Assembly: GCA_964442925.1 (NCBI GenBank) | Contig: CAYUEM010000001.1 | Location: 1 to 43,826 of the forward strand | Direction of reading: 5' to 3' | DNA: 43,826 bases | DNA from: an uncultured Hyphomonadaceae bacterium | Lineage (GTDB): Bacteria; Pseudomonadota; Alphaproteobacteria; Caulobacterales; Hyphomonadaceae | Shown: positions 35,638 through 43,826 of the stretch, piece by piece | Position numbering within the stretch: the first letter of the stretch is position 1 | How the letters are laid out: each line of letters opens with the position of its first letter | Notes under the pieces: generated by a model | Told to the model about the DNA's origin: nothing | The model's input: only the letters and a program-made list of their open reading frames with translations | Databases searched by the model: none | Position numbers and translations under genes: made by a program

Positions 35638-37472
35638 GGGCTGGCCAGTGGCGGCAGATCCGTCTGCCCGGCTCTTGTGCTCTGGTCCTCGATCCAACGG
35701 CGCATGCGCCCTTCCAGCACCGATAACGGCATCGAGCCTTCACTGAGAAGGTGGTCATGGAAGGCGCGGATATCAAAAGCCTCGCCCAGCGCAGCTTCGG
35801 CTTCGCTGCGCAGTTGCAGGATTTTCAGCTCGCCGACCTTGTAGGCCACCGCCTGACCGGGCCAGCCGATATAGCGCGTCATTTCGGTTTCGATATTCAG
35901 CGCGCTGAGCGCGGTATTCTCGATGAAACAGGCCTCGGCCTGCTCCCGGCTCCAGCCATACCAGTGCAGCCCGGTATCGGCGATCAGCCGGCAGGCGCGC
36001 CACATTTCGTAGGAAAGCGCACCGAACCGCTCATAGGGTGTCTGGTAAAACCCCGCCTCGCCGACCAGTCTTTCCGCATAAAGCCCCCAACCCTCACCAA
36101 ACGCCGTGGCGTAGAAATTTCGCCGGAAATCCGGCTGGTAACGCATTTCCTGAGCCAGCGCGATCTGCAGATGGTGTCCGGGCACGGCTTCATGCGCGGT
36201 CAGGGCCGGCAATTCGTAAAGGGGCCGCTGGTCGAGCCGAAACGTGTTGACCAGATACGTTCCGGCCTGGCCGGTGCGGGCATTGCCCTGCGCATATCGC
36301 CCGGTTGTATAGCCCGGCGCAATTGCTGCCGGCACCGGCGAGACGCCGTATGGCAGGCGCGGCAACGTATTGAAGTAAAGCGGCAGCAGCGCATCTAGCC
36401 GCTTTGACAGGCGCGACGCCTTTTCCATCAGGTCTTCCGCGCTGCGCGCATAGAAACGCGGATCGGTGCGCAGAAATTCGACGAACGCATCGAAACTGCC
36501 CTCAAATCCGGTCTCTTCGATGATCTCCAGCATCTGCTTGCGAATGCGCTGCACTTCCTGCTGCCCCAGCAGATGGATCTCTTGCGCCGAATAACCCGCG
36601 CCTGCGGTGTGATGAGCGACGTAATCGGCATAGGCCCTGCGCCCGCCCGGCAGGCTGGCCAGTCCGGGATCGGGCCGCGCATATGGTGCATATTCGGTTT
36701 CCAGGAAGCCCAGCAGGTCGCGATAGGCCGCTATGGCTCGCGCGCTCGCCTCAAGGCCATCACGGCGCAGGCGTTCGCGATCGGCTGCCGGCCAGCTTTC
36801 GGGCAGGTCGCGCAGCGGGGCATAGAGGTTGGAGTTTTCAGGCTGATCGGAGATCTGCTCGCGGATCTGACGGATCGTGGTCGCTAGCGGATCGCCATGC
36901 GCGGTCCAGCCAGTGGTCACGCCGCGGCGCATATTGAAGATGTGTTCGGCGAAATAACGCGGCAGGTCGTTCAGCCTGGCAATCCATGCCTCACCATCAT
37001 CAATGGTTTTGATGCGAAGCCGTGCGGCGGCGAAGACTGGCGCGGAATGAAATCCGGAATCGCCGGTAAACGGAATGCGGGCAGCGTCGTGGCGGTGGTC
37101 GATCAGCCGCGCATAGAGCAGGTGGCGGACAATCGCGACATCGATAACGCGTTCCGTGTCGATCTCTGCAAGACGCGTCAGCAAGGCTTGCGCCCTGGCA
37201 GCTTCGCGCTTCTCCGTCGCCGGCGTGACATCGCCCCAGCTGCGCGCAGGCCGACCTTCGGCCCGTGCCGCCTGCCACGCGTCGGCCTCAACGGCAAAGG
37301 CCTCATAATCGGAAATCAGTTGCGTCATCGGGTCGGTCGTGACCGGCGCAGGAGCCTCGTCGTGCGCATCGGACTGCGCCGCAACCATCGGGCATGCCAA
37401 CAGCAAAAGAGCAGCGGCACCAACGGCCCCGCGCACAGCTGCGGCTAAAGAGGTGCGTTGACAGTCGCCCAT
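35634..37472 (-). CDS. DUF885-family secreted protein (putative metallopeptidase-like)
   Basis: Signal peptide (AALLLLACPMVAAQS) and the DUF885 hallmark HEAVPGHHLQ. Confidence 0.75.
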   Translation of the reverse strand: MGDCQRTSLAAAVRGAVGAAALLLLACPMVAAQSDAHDEAPAPVTTDPMTQLISDYEAFAVEADAWQAARAEGRPARSWGDVTPATEKREAARAQALLTRLAEIDTERVIDVAIVRHLLYARLIDHRHDAARIPFTGDSGFHSAPVFAAARLRIKTIDDGEAWIARLNDLPRYFAEHIFNMRRGVTTGWTAHGDPLATTIRQIREQISDQPENSNLYAPLRDLPESWPAADRERLRRDGLEASARAIAAYRDLLGFLETEYAPYARPDPGLASLPGGRRAYADYVAHHTAGAGYSAQEIHLLGQQEVQRIRKQMLEIIEETGFEGSFDAFVEFLRTDPRFYARSAEDLMEKASRLSKRLDALLPLYFNTLPRLPYGVSPVPAAIAPGYTTGRYAQGNARTGQAGTYLVNTFRLDQRPLYELPALTAHEAVPGHHLQIALAQEMRYQPDFRRNFYATAFGEGWGLYAERLVGEAGFYQTPYERFGALSYEMWRACRLIADTGLHWYGWSREQAEACFIENTALSALNIETEMTRYIGWPGQAVAYKVGELKILQLRSEAEAALGEAFDIRAFHDHLLSEGSMPLSVLEGRMRRWIEDQSTRAGQTDLPPLASP

Positions 37473-37520
37473 CCCCCTCTAGAACCATTTCGGAAGCAAA
37501 CAGGCAAGTGAGGCCACTGT

Positions 37521-37940
37521 ATGTCGGGAACAGAATGGAGTGATCCGCGACCCTTGTCACCGCATGTCCAGGTGTGGAAATGGCACGCGACCATGGCCGC
37601 GTCGATCTTTCACCGCGTCAGTGGCGCGGCGCTTTATTTCGGTAGTTTCCTGATTGCACTGTGGGTTTTCGCGCTCGCAATGCCTGCAGGCGCAGACGGC
37701 GCACCGCCAGCACTTTATGCAAGTCTCGACGCAGTGATGGCCTCCCTTCCCGGCCAGATCCTGCTGACCCTGTGGGCCGCAGCGGTGCTGTTCCACCTTG
37801 CAAACGGCATCCGCTATCTGGTCTGGAGCGGGCCGCGCGCCGGCTTCAATCCGGCCACTGCCAGCGCTGTATCCGTGTTCAATATCGCTTTCGCCATTTT
37901 TGGTGCCGTTGCCATCTGGGCGGCGGCAAGCTTGCTCTAA
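37521..37940 (+). CDS. sdhC: Succinate dehydrogenase cytochrome b556 subunit
   Basis: RPLSPHVQVWKWHATMAASIFHRVSGAALY matches the SdhC N-terminus. Three TM helices; followed by sdhD and sdhA. Confidence 0.88.
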   Translation: MSGTEWSDPRPLSPHVQVWKWHATMAASIFHRVSGAALYFGSFLIALWVFALAMPAGADGAPPALYASLDAVMASLPGQILLTLWAAAVLFHLANGIRYLVWSGPRAGFNPATASAVSVFNIAFAIFGAVAIWAAASLL

Positions 37941-37952
37941 GGGGCCGCCGTC

Positions 37953-38354
37953 ATGGCCGATCAGAAGTCAAATTTCATCACACCCGCGGCAAGGGCCCGT
38001 GGCCTCGGCTCAGCCAAGTCCGGCGTCAGCAGCTATATCGGACAGCTGACATCGGCAGTTGCGCTGGCGTTTCTGGTGCCCTGGTTCGTCTTCTCGGTGA
38101 TCAGCGCGGCGCAGGGCGGATATGCCGGTGCGCTTGAATGGGTCGGCAAGCCCTTGAATGCAATTCTTCTGGTGCTGACATTCGGCGCGGCGTTCTACCA
38201 CATGCGTATCGGTATGCAGGTGATCATCGAGGACTACATCGCAAGAAGCGGCACAAAAACCGCGCTGCTGATGGCCAACACTTTTGTTGCGATCGTGCTG
38301 TTTGCAGCCACGGCGTTGAGTGTGATCAAGATCTGGGTTTCCGCTGGCACCTGA
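37953..38354 (+). CDS. sdhD: Succinate dehydrogenase hydrophobic membrane anchor
   Basis: Size, three TM helices, a haem-ligand His context ([17 protein letters not shown]) and its position. Confidence 0.85.
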   Translation: MADQKSNFITPAARARGLGSAKSGVSSYIGQLTSAVALAFLVPWFVFSVISAAQGGYAGALEWVGKPLNAILLVLTFGAAFYHMRIGMQVIIEDYIARSGTKTALLMANTFVAIVLFAATALSVIKIWVSAGT

Positions 38355-38388
38355 GGGCTGCAGGGACTCGCAAAAAGGACGGATTCAG

Positions 38389-40176
38389 ATGAGCGAATAC
38401 ACTTGGAACGATCACACTTATGACGTGGTTGTCGTCGGCGCGGGTGGCTCGGGATTGCGCGCTGCGCTCGGTGCGGCCCAGGCGGGGCTGAAAACCGCCT
38501 GCATTTCGAAAGTGTTTCCGACCCGCTCTCACACCGTGGCGGCCCAGGGTGGGATTGCTGCCTCTCTCGGCAACATGTCGGTCGATGACTGGCGCTGGCA
38601 CATGTATGACACTGTGAAAGGGTCTGACTGGCTCGGCGATCAGGATGCGATCGAATATCTCTGTCGCAACGCACCGGAAGCTGTTTACGAGCTCGAACAC
38701 TGGGGCATGCCCTTCTCGCGTACCGAGGAAGGCAAGATCTATCAGCGTGCCTTTGGCGGCATGACCAAGAATTTCGGTGAAGGCCCGGTGCAGCGCACCT
38801 GCGCCGCCGCCGACCGAACCGGCCATGCCATGCTGCACACGCTGTATGGCCAGGCACTCAAGAACGAGACCGAGTTTTTTATTGAGTATTTTGCTCTCGA
38901 CCTGATCATGGACGAGGAAGGCGCATGTCGCGGTGTGACGGCGTGGAAGCTCGATGATGGCACGCTGCACCGTTTCCGCGCGCAAAAGACAATCCTTGCC
39001 ACCGGCGGCTATGGCCGGGCCTTCTTTTCTTGCACATCGGCTCACACCTGCACCGGTGATGGCAACGCGATGGCCCTGCGCGCCGGGCTGCCGCTCCAGG
39101 ATATGGAATTCGTGCAGTTCCACCCGACCGGCGTTTATGGTGCAGGCTGCCTGATCACGGAAGGTGCTCGGGGCGAGGGTGGCTACCTCACAAATTCCGA
39201 GGGTGAGCGCTTCATGGAACGCTACGCGCCCAGCGCCAAGGATCTCGCTTCACGCGATGTCGTGTCGCGCGCGATGACAGTCGAGATCCGCGAAAAGCGT
39301 GGCGTCGGCGAGGAAGGTGATCACATCTACCTGAATCTCGACCACTTGCCGCCGGCAACACTGGCCGAGCGCCTGCCGGGCATTTCCGAAACGGCGCGGA
39401 TTTTTGCCGGGGTTGATGTCACAAAAGCGCCCATCCCGGTGCTGCCGACGGTGCATTACAATATGGGCGGCATTCCGACCAATTATCATGGCGAAGTGCT
39501 GACCAAGGCAAATGGCGATCCCGACCATGTCGTTCCCGGCCTGATGGCTGTCGGCGAGGCGGCCTGTGTGTCCGTGCACGGTGCCAATCGCCTTGGTTCA
39601 AATTCGTTGATCGATCTGGTTGTGTTCGGACGTGCTGCCGGACTGCAATGCGGTGCATCTGTCGATGCCGGCGCAAGCCAGCCGGAAATGCGTGACGCCT
39701 TGACCGAGCGTCACCTGACGCGGTTCGACCGGATGCGCCATGCCGCAGGGGACCAGCCCGTTGCGACGCTGCGCCTTGAGATGCAAAAAGCGATGCAGGA
39801 AAACTGCGCGGTCTTCCGCACCGGCGATATCCTGCGCGAGGGTGTGGAGCGGATCGACGGTGTTTACGGAAAACTTCCGGGGGTTGATGTCCGTGATCGC
39901 GGCATGATCTGGAACACTGATCTGATCGAAGCTCTCGAATTCGACAATCTGATTGCCCAGGCTGCTGTCACAGTCAACTCAGCGGCCAATCGCGAGGAAA
40001 GCCGTGGCGCTCATGCGCGCGAGGATTTCTCCGAGCGCGATGACGAACAGTGGATGAAGCACACACTCGCCTGGATCGATCCTGCCGGAAAGGTGACACT
40101 CGATTACCGCCCGATCCATGATTTCACGATGTCGAATGATATCGGATATATCGAGCCGAAGGCGCGGGTTTACTGA
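38389..40176 (+). CDS. sdhA: Succinate dehydrogenase flavoprotein subunit
   Basis: [18 protein letters not shown]-binding motif, [10 protein letters not shown] (covalent FAD His) and [11 protein letters not shown]. Confidence 0.95.
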   Translation: MSEYTWNDHTYDVVVVGAGGSGLRAALGAAQAGLKTACISKVFPTRSHTVAAQGGIAASLGNMSVDDWRWHMYDTVKGSDWLGDQDAIEYLCRNAPEAVYELEHWGMPFSRTEEGKIYQRAFGGMTKNFGEGPVQRTCAAADRTGHAMLHTLYGQALKNETEFFIEYFALDLIMDEEGACRGVTAWKLDDGTLHRFRAQKTILATGGYGRAFFSCTSAHTCTGDGNAMALRAGLPLQDMEFVQFHPTGVYGAGCLITEGARGEGGYLTNSEGERFMERYAPSAKDLASRDVVSRAMTVEIREKRGVGEEGDHIYLNLDHLPPATLAERLPGISETARIFAGVDVTKAPIPVLPTVHYNMGGIPTNYHGEVLTKANGDPDHVVPGLMAVGEAACVSVHGANRLGSNSLIDLVVFGRAAGLQCGASVDAGASQPEMRDALTERHLTRFDRMRHAAGDQPVATLRLEMQKAMQENCAVFRTGDILREGVERIDGVYGKLPGVDVRDRGMIWNTDLIEALEFDNLIAQAAVTVNSAANREESRGAHAREDFSERDDEQWMKHTLAWIDPAGKVTLDYRPIHDFTMSNDIGYIEPKARVY

Positions 40177-40254
40177 CCTCGACCTGACCTGCGCGCAGCT
40201 TTGTTTTTGCGGATGATCCTTTGGCGGGTTGCTGCAAAAGCGTCGTCAGGTTTT

Positions 40255-40300
40255 CCTCATCCTGAGGAGCGGCCGGCAAGGCCGCGTCTCGAAGGATGAG
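40255..40300. repeat. REP-like nested palindromic intergenic element
   Basis: CTCATCCT (40257-40264) and AGGATGAG (40293-40300) flank an inner GCGGCC...GGCCGC hairpin. Its translation gives the AAPQDEE-type pseudo-peptide commonly produced by alphaproteobacterial intergenic repeats. Confidence 0.55.
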
Positions 40301-40482
40301 CTGCGTGGCCTGGTTTTTCAGCAGCCTGTTAAAGGCGCGGGCTTTCATCAGGTTGTCTCATCGCGAGGCGCGAGCAAAGCGCGCCTTGACGAAACGCCGA
40401 AGCCCTGAACACCCCATATTAACCACTTGGTTGTATTCCACTTCAGATAGAGTTCCACACAACCCAAGAGCGTTTTATTGCC

Positions 40483-41541
40483 ATGACAACAGCAACAGCA
40501 GTCCAAGCGCAGGTCGAGCCCGAGGCCGAACAGGTCGTTGATCCCTATACGCTGGCGCTTGACGTTTTCAGGCTGGTCAAGGCTCATGCGACGCCTCCCT
40601 TTCCGAACACATACGCGCTTTGGTATGCATATGTTTCCGGGTCCAACCCCGAAATCATCACCGAAATAGACGAGAAAGCAAAGCGCGGCGACATCATCAG
40701 CCCTTATGATATCAATCAGCTTTGCGAAACATATCTTACCGCCGAAGACAGGGAAGCCAAGCAAGCCGAGATCAGTCAGGAACTTGAGCGCGGGATGGTC
40801 AAAGCGCTCAAATTCTTTGATCAGGGCGTCAAGCAAGGCAGCGTATTTGCTGATCGGGTTGGCTCAATTTCCAGCGCGCTGAAGGAGCCGGGCAGTGACC
40901 ATAATGAGCTGCTCGACAGACTTATGGACGAGAACAAGAAAATGCTCGGCTCGTCTCAGGCCCTGAAAGACTGCATGCTGGCAGCACGCGACCATATCCA
41001 GGAACTGACCAAACGACTGACCGAGATCAGCGATGAAAGTCTTCGCGATGGCCTGACAGGCGTGGCAAACAGACGCGCTTTCAACCGAAAACTGGCCGAA
41101 GCCTTCGAGCGCGCCATGAACGAACGGCATAACCTGTGCCTGGTGCTTGCCGACCTCGACCACTTCAAAAGCGTCAATGATACTTATGGCCATCAGGCTG
41201 GCGACAGTATCTTGCAGGCGTTTGCCAAACTGCTCGTTGAAAACGTCAAAGGTGGCGACACCGTGGCGAGATATGGGGGCGAAGAATTTGCGATCATTCT
41301 TCCTGAGATTTCCACGTTCGACGCTCACAATCTGATGACCCAGATCCGACATAAATATTCCAAGCTGCGGATGCGGGAACGCAAGAGCAAGGCGGAAATA
41401 ACCAGGCTGACGGCTTCTTTTGGTATCAGCTGCATGCACGATGTCGATTCTCCGGAGGATATGATCAGCCGCGCCGATGAACTGCTTTACCAGGCCAAGG
41501 ATGCCGGGCGAAACACGGTTAAAACAGAATTTTCCAGTTGA
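40483..41541 (+). CDS. Diguanylate cyclase (GGDEF domain) with N-terminal helical sensor-like domain
   Basis: DGLTGVANRRAF, LADLDHFKSVNDTYGHQAGD and RYGGEEFAIIL (active-site GGEEF). Confidence 0.88.
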   Translation: MTTATAVQAQVEPEAEQVVDPYTLALDVFRLVKAHATPPFPNTYALWYAYVSGSNPEIITEIDEKAKRGDIISPYDINQLCETYLTAEDREAKQAEISQELERGMVKALKFFDQGVKQGSVFADRVGSISSALKEPGSDHNELLDRLMDENKKMLGSSQALKDCMLAARDHIQELTKRLTEISDESLRDGLTGVANRRAFNRKLAEAFERAMNERHNLCLVLADLDHFKSVNDTYGHQAGDSILQAFAKLLVENVKGGDTVARYGGEEFAIILPEISTFDAHNLMTQIRHKYSKLRMRERKSKAEITRLTASFGISCMHDVDSPEDMISRADELLYQAKDAGRNTVKTEFSS

Positions 41542-41619
41542 TGCGAAAATTTGTTTTGATTGGCACTGAAGCTACCGGTCGCAAGGCGAAGATCAAATCA
41601 AATCCGGCCTTCGGGAATT

Positions 41620-41985
41620 TCAATTGTCGTTTAATCTGTCAAAATTGATATTCTGAATTTTCATAAATTCGAAACCGACGTCAAAATAGTCCTGACGAAC
41701 GATTGTGGCTTCGCATCGCAAGTTTAGCGCGGGCACGTGTACGATGACCCGGTCCGGAAACACGACCTTATGCCTGAATCTCACCCTGATCCCAGTATTC
41801 GAGATATCGAGCGCCACACCCTTTTCGCATCCGTTAAGCGGATAATAGATAAAACAGCTCGCAAAAGTCGGCATCCGCCGCGACCGCTCGATTGTCGGTT
41901 TTTTTTGTGGCTGAACGGGTGTCGGCGAAGCCCGGCTCAGAGCTTGCTGTATTCGCTGGACAGAAGGTTGCTTTCTGAAACGCAT
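41620..41985 (-). CDS. PilZ-like domain protein (putative c-di-GMP receptor)
   Basis: DISNTGIRVRF matches the PilZ DxSxxG motif. The upstream RxxxR motif is only approximated (ERSRRMP). AT-rich gene convergent with the GGDEF gene. Confidence 0.45.
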   Translation of the reverse strand: MRFRKQPSVQRIQQALSRASPTPVQPQKKPTIERSRRMPTFASCFIYYPLNGCEKGVALDISNTGIRVRFRHKVVFPDRVIVHVPALNLRCEATIVRQDYFDVGFEFMKIQNINFDRLNDN

Positions 41986-42286
41986 GCGCCACTCTCACAG
42001 ATGCGCCTGATTGCGCATCTACTTTAAGTCGCAAAAATAGGTAAATTTTCGCTGAAATTCGCTGCTTTGCGACCATACGTGGAGATTGGCGAAATCTTCA
42101 GCGAAGGCGGTTTCCGCCCGAATGCAGACACCGGCCGCAAAACGGGTTGATCTGCGCTTGAACCGACGGCTCATACCAATGTGCGCGGATGAAGATTCAT
42201 CCGCGGTTACGGCGCATGGGGCGCCGACGCGCAGTCGCGCTTGCCCGGCGCTGCAAGGATCGGTTTTGGGTCCATGCAGCTTGGTA

Positions 42287-42601
42287 TCACTGCGCCAGAA
42301 AAGCCTCCGACACAATTGCCTGCTTCAATGACGTTTCCGCAGCCTGGACACTTTCCCGCCACGCCGCGATGTCCTGTTTTAGCGCTTGCACCCTGTTGGC
42401 CTGATAGGCCTCCAGGCCGTTCCGGAGCGCCATCAGCGCCCACTCCGTCTGCTGGCCGAGTTGCTGCTGGCTTTTTTCAAACAGGGAAAGCTCGGCCTCC
42501 AGGGCCCGCACCTGCGCAATGGCTTTGGCGAGTCTCACCTCAGCCGCCTGGCGCCTCAATTCGGCAAGCCAGACCAATTCGGAAACTTCATTGACTGTCA
42601 T
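42287..42601 (-). CDS. Coiled-coil protein translationally coupled to flhB, hypothetical (possibly flagellar)
   Basis: ATGA overlap with the flhB stop. The 104-aa all-helical heptad-like sequence matches no family I recognise. Confidence 0.5.
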   Translation of the reverse strand: MTVNEVSELVWLAELRRQAAEVRLAKAIAQVRALEAELSLFEKSQQQLGQQTEWALMALRNGLEAYQANRVQALKQDIAAWRESVQAAETSLKQAIVSEAFLAQ

Positions 42602-43671
42602 GACGGTGCTTTCAGGCTTTCGACATACTGTATCGCGGCTGCGACGGCGGCATAAAATTCCGGCGTGATTTCTTCACCGATCTCGACAACACGGAAGAGC
42701 GCCCGCGTCGTTGGCGGGTCGCGAACGACCGGAATATTGTTCTCGCGGGCGACATCGCGGATTTTTGCAGCGAGATGATCGGTGCCCTTTCCGACGCAGA
42801 TCGGGGCATTCGCGCTATCGCGTTCCCACTTCAAGGCGACGGCATAATGCTCCGGGTTCACCATGATCAGGCTTGCACCCTCAACATTTCGGAGCATTTC
42901 ACCATTTGAGATCTTTGCGGCTCTGGATTTGCGTGCCTGTTTGAAATCGGGATCGCCTTCACTTTCCTTTTGTTCCTTCTTCATCTCTTCGCGCGACATG
43001 CGGAGCTTCTGCGCATGAAAAAATCTTTGTAACGGCAAGTCTATAATCGCCAGAATAAACTGAAAAAGTATAAAAGTGGCAAGGAGAAGAACGATCTGGC
43101 GAAAGGTAAAATCGTATAAGCCGTCGAGCGACAAGGCACCCGAATTATAATATTCGCGCGCGAAATTCAGCAGGAACAGACCGGCAATCGCCCCGGAGAA
43201 AATCATCTTGGCGGCATCTTTGGAAAAATCCGTCAAACCCTTTCCGCCATATTTTTTCTTGATATTCTCGAACGGTGATACCTTGTCAAATTTCGGCGTT
43301 ATCGATTTTGCCGAAAAGACGATGGCGCGCTGCAACACAAGGCTCGCAAGGACGGCCAGAACCATCAGACCCACCGGCACCAGAACGGCCAGCGCCAGAA
43401 CCTGCAGACGCGCGAAGGTGGCCGAGGCATCACTCTCGAAAATGTCGCGGGAAATCAGATCGGCCTGACCAAGCAGACCTTTGCTGACGCTGAAAAACCG
43501 GTCTTTGAACCACACTTCAAATGCAAACAGACCGCCGAGGGCACCGGACAGGAGAAACAGGGCATTCAACTCGCGCGACTGGGCGACATCGCCATCGTCG
43601 CGCGCCTGCTGTCGCCGCTTGTCGCTGGCTTCGAATGCCTTGTTGTCCTTGTCTTCGTTGTCTTCTGCCAT
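42598..43671 (-). CDS. flhB: Flagellar type III export apparatus protein FlhB
   Basis: N-terminal KAFEASDKRRQQARDDGDVAQSRELN, four TM helices and a C-terminal domain with LIMVNPEHYAVALKW (the NPTH-type autocleavage site, here NPEH). Confidence 0.9.
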   Translation of the reverse strand: MAEDNEDKDNKAFEASDKRRQQARDDGDVAQSRELNALFLLSGALGGLFAFEVWFKDRFFSVSKGLLGQADLISRDIFESDASATFARLQVLALAVLVPVGLMVLAVLASLVLQRAIVFSAKSITPKFDKVSPFENIKKKYGGKGLTDFSKDAAKMIFSGAIAGLFLLNFAREYYNSGALSLDGLYDFTFRQIVLLLATFILFQFILAIIDLPLQRFFHAQKLRMSREEMKKEQKESEGDPDFKQARKSRAAKISNGEMLRNVEGASLIMVNPEHYAVALKWERDSANAPICVGKGTDHLAAKIRDVARENNIPVVRDPPTTRALFRVVEIGEEITPEFYAAVAAAIQYVESLKAPS

Positions 43672-43826
43672 TGCCAGCCTCTAGGGCATATCCTGTTCAA
43701 TTTGAGTCGGCTGGTGGCCCGCCACGTTCGTGCTGGCAAGGCGCATACCGCAGGTCGATGCGGGCATCGAACGAGGATTGCGACGCTGTCCAGCGCGGGC
43801 GGGGCGGGCCAAGCGAGCACCCTCAA

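Noticed and set aside
41556-41572. TGGCAC motifs (here, at 38343-38360 and elsewhere) examined as sigma-54 promoters because rpoN is in the window
   Set aside because: None has the GG-N10-GC spacing with a TTGC -12 element, and several lie inside coding regions or point at the wrong strand.
43566-43826. 86-aa minus-strand ORF running to the window edge and overlapping the flhB start
   Set aside because: It overlaps the well-supported FlhB N-terminus in another frame and its translation has no recognisable features. The region upstream of flhB (43672-43826) is probably promoter or leader, or the end of an upstream gene in a frame I cannot confirm.

Overview
High-GC alphaproteobacterial chromosome segment (the lptCAB-rpoN-hpf-ptsN, sdhCDA, rpoH and egtBD gene order suggests a Hyphomicrobiales-like organism; this is inferred, not proven). 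Most of the window is ordinary housekeeping. It carries etfBA, the conserved lptC-lptA-lptB-rpoN-hpf-ptsN block, a short RNase D-like exonuclease and a two-gene ergothioneine cluster (egtB-egtD). It also has an SDR, a pseudouridine synthase, a PlsC-like acyltransferase, an orphan cheY-cheR pair, a DAACS symporter, rlmN, a GT2, a metallophosphoesterase, rarD, rpoH, a GST, galE plus a GT4, a GATase1, a DUF885 protein and sdhCDA. At the right end a visibly AT-richer segment holds a GGDEF cyclase, a PilZ-like gene and flhB. I recognised no rRNA, tRNA, CRISPR array, transposase or integrase. The stand-out region is 12829-20045, a four-gene operon whose start and stop codons overlap. It encodes (A) a membrane protein with a Rossmann fold and a C-terminal RyR-like domain, and (B) a leaderless protein with an unknown ~400-aa N-domain fused to a GH108 muramidase/PG_binding_3 module. 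It also encodes (C) a 1017-aa protein with a TPR-like helical N-domain and two intact trypsin-fold protease domains, and (D) a 119-aa standalone RyR-domain protein. I know of no named system with this composition and propose it as a candidate conflict (abortive-infection) or regulated-lysis module. Secondary observations are a 31-bp perfect inverted repeat pair bracketing a short non-coding segment (MITE-like), a REP-like palindrome after sdhA with no sdhB following, and an NPEH variant of the FlhB autocleavage motif. All product calls rest on motifs read by eye from the ORF translations, and start codons are often uncertain.
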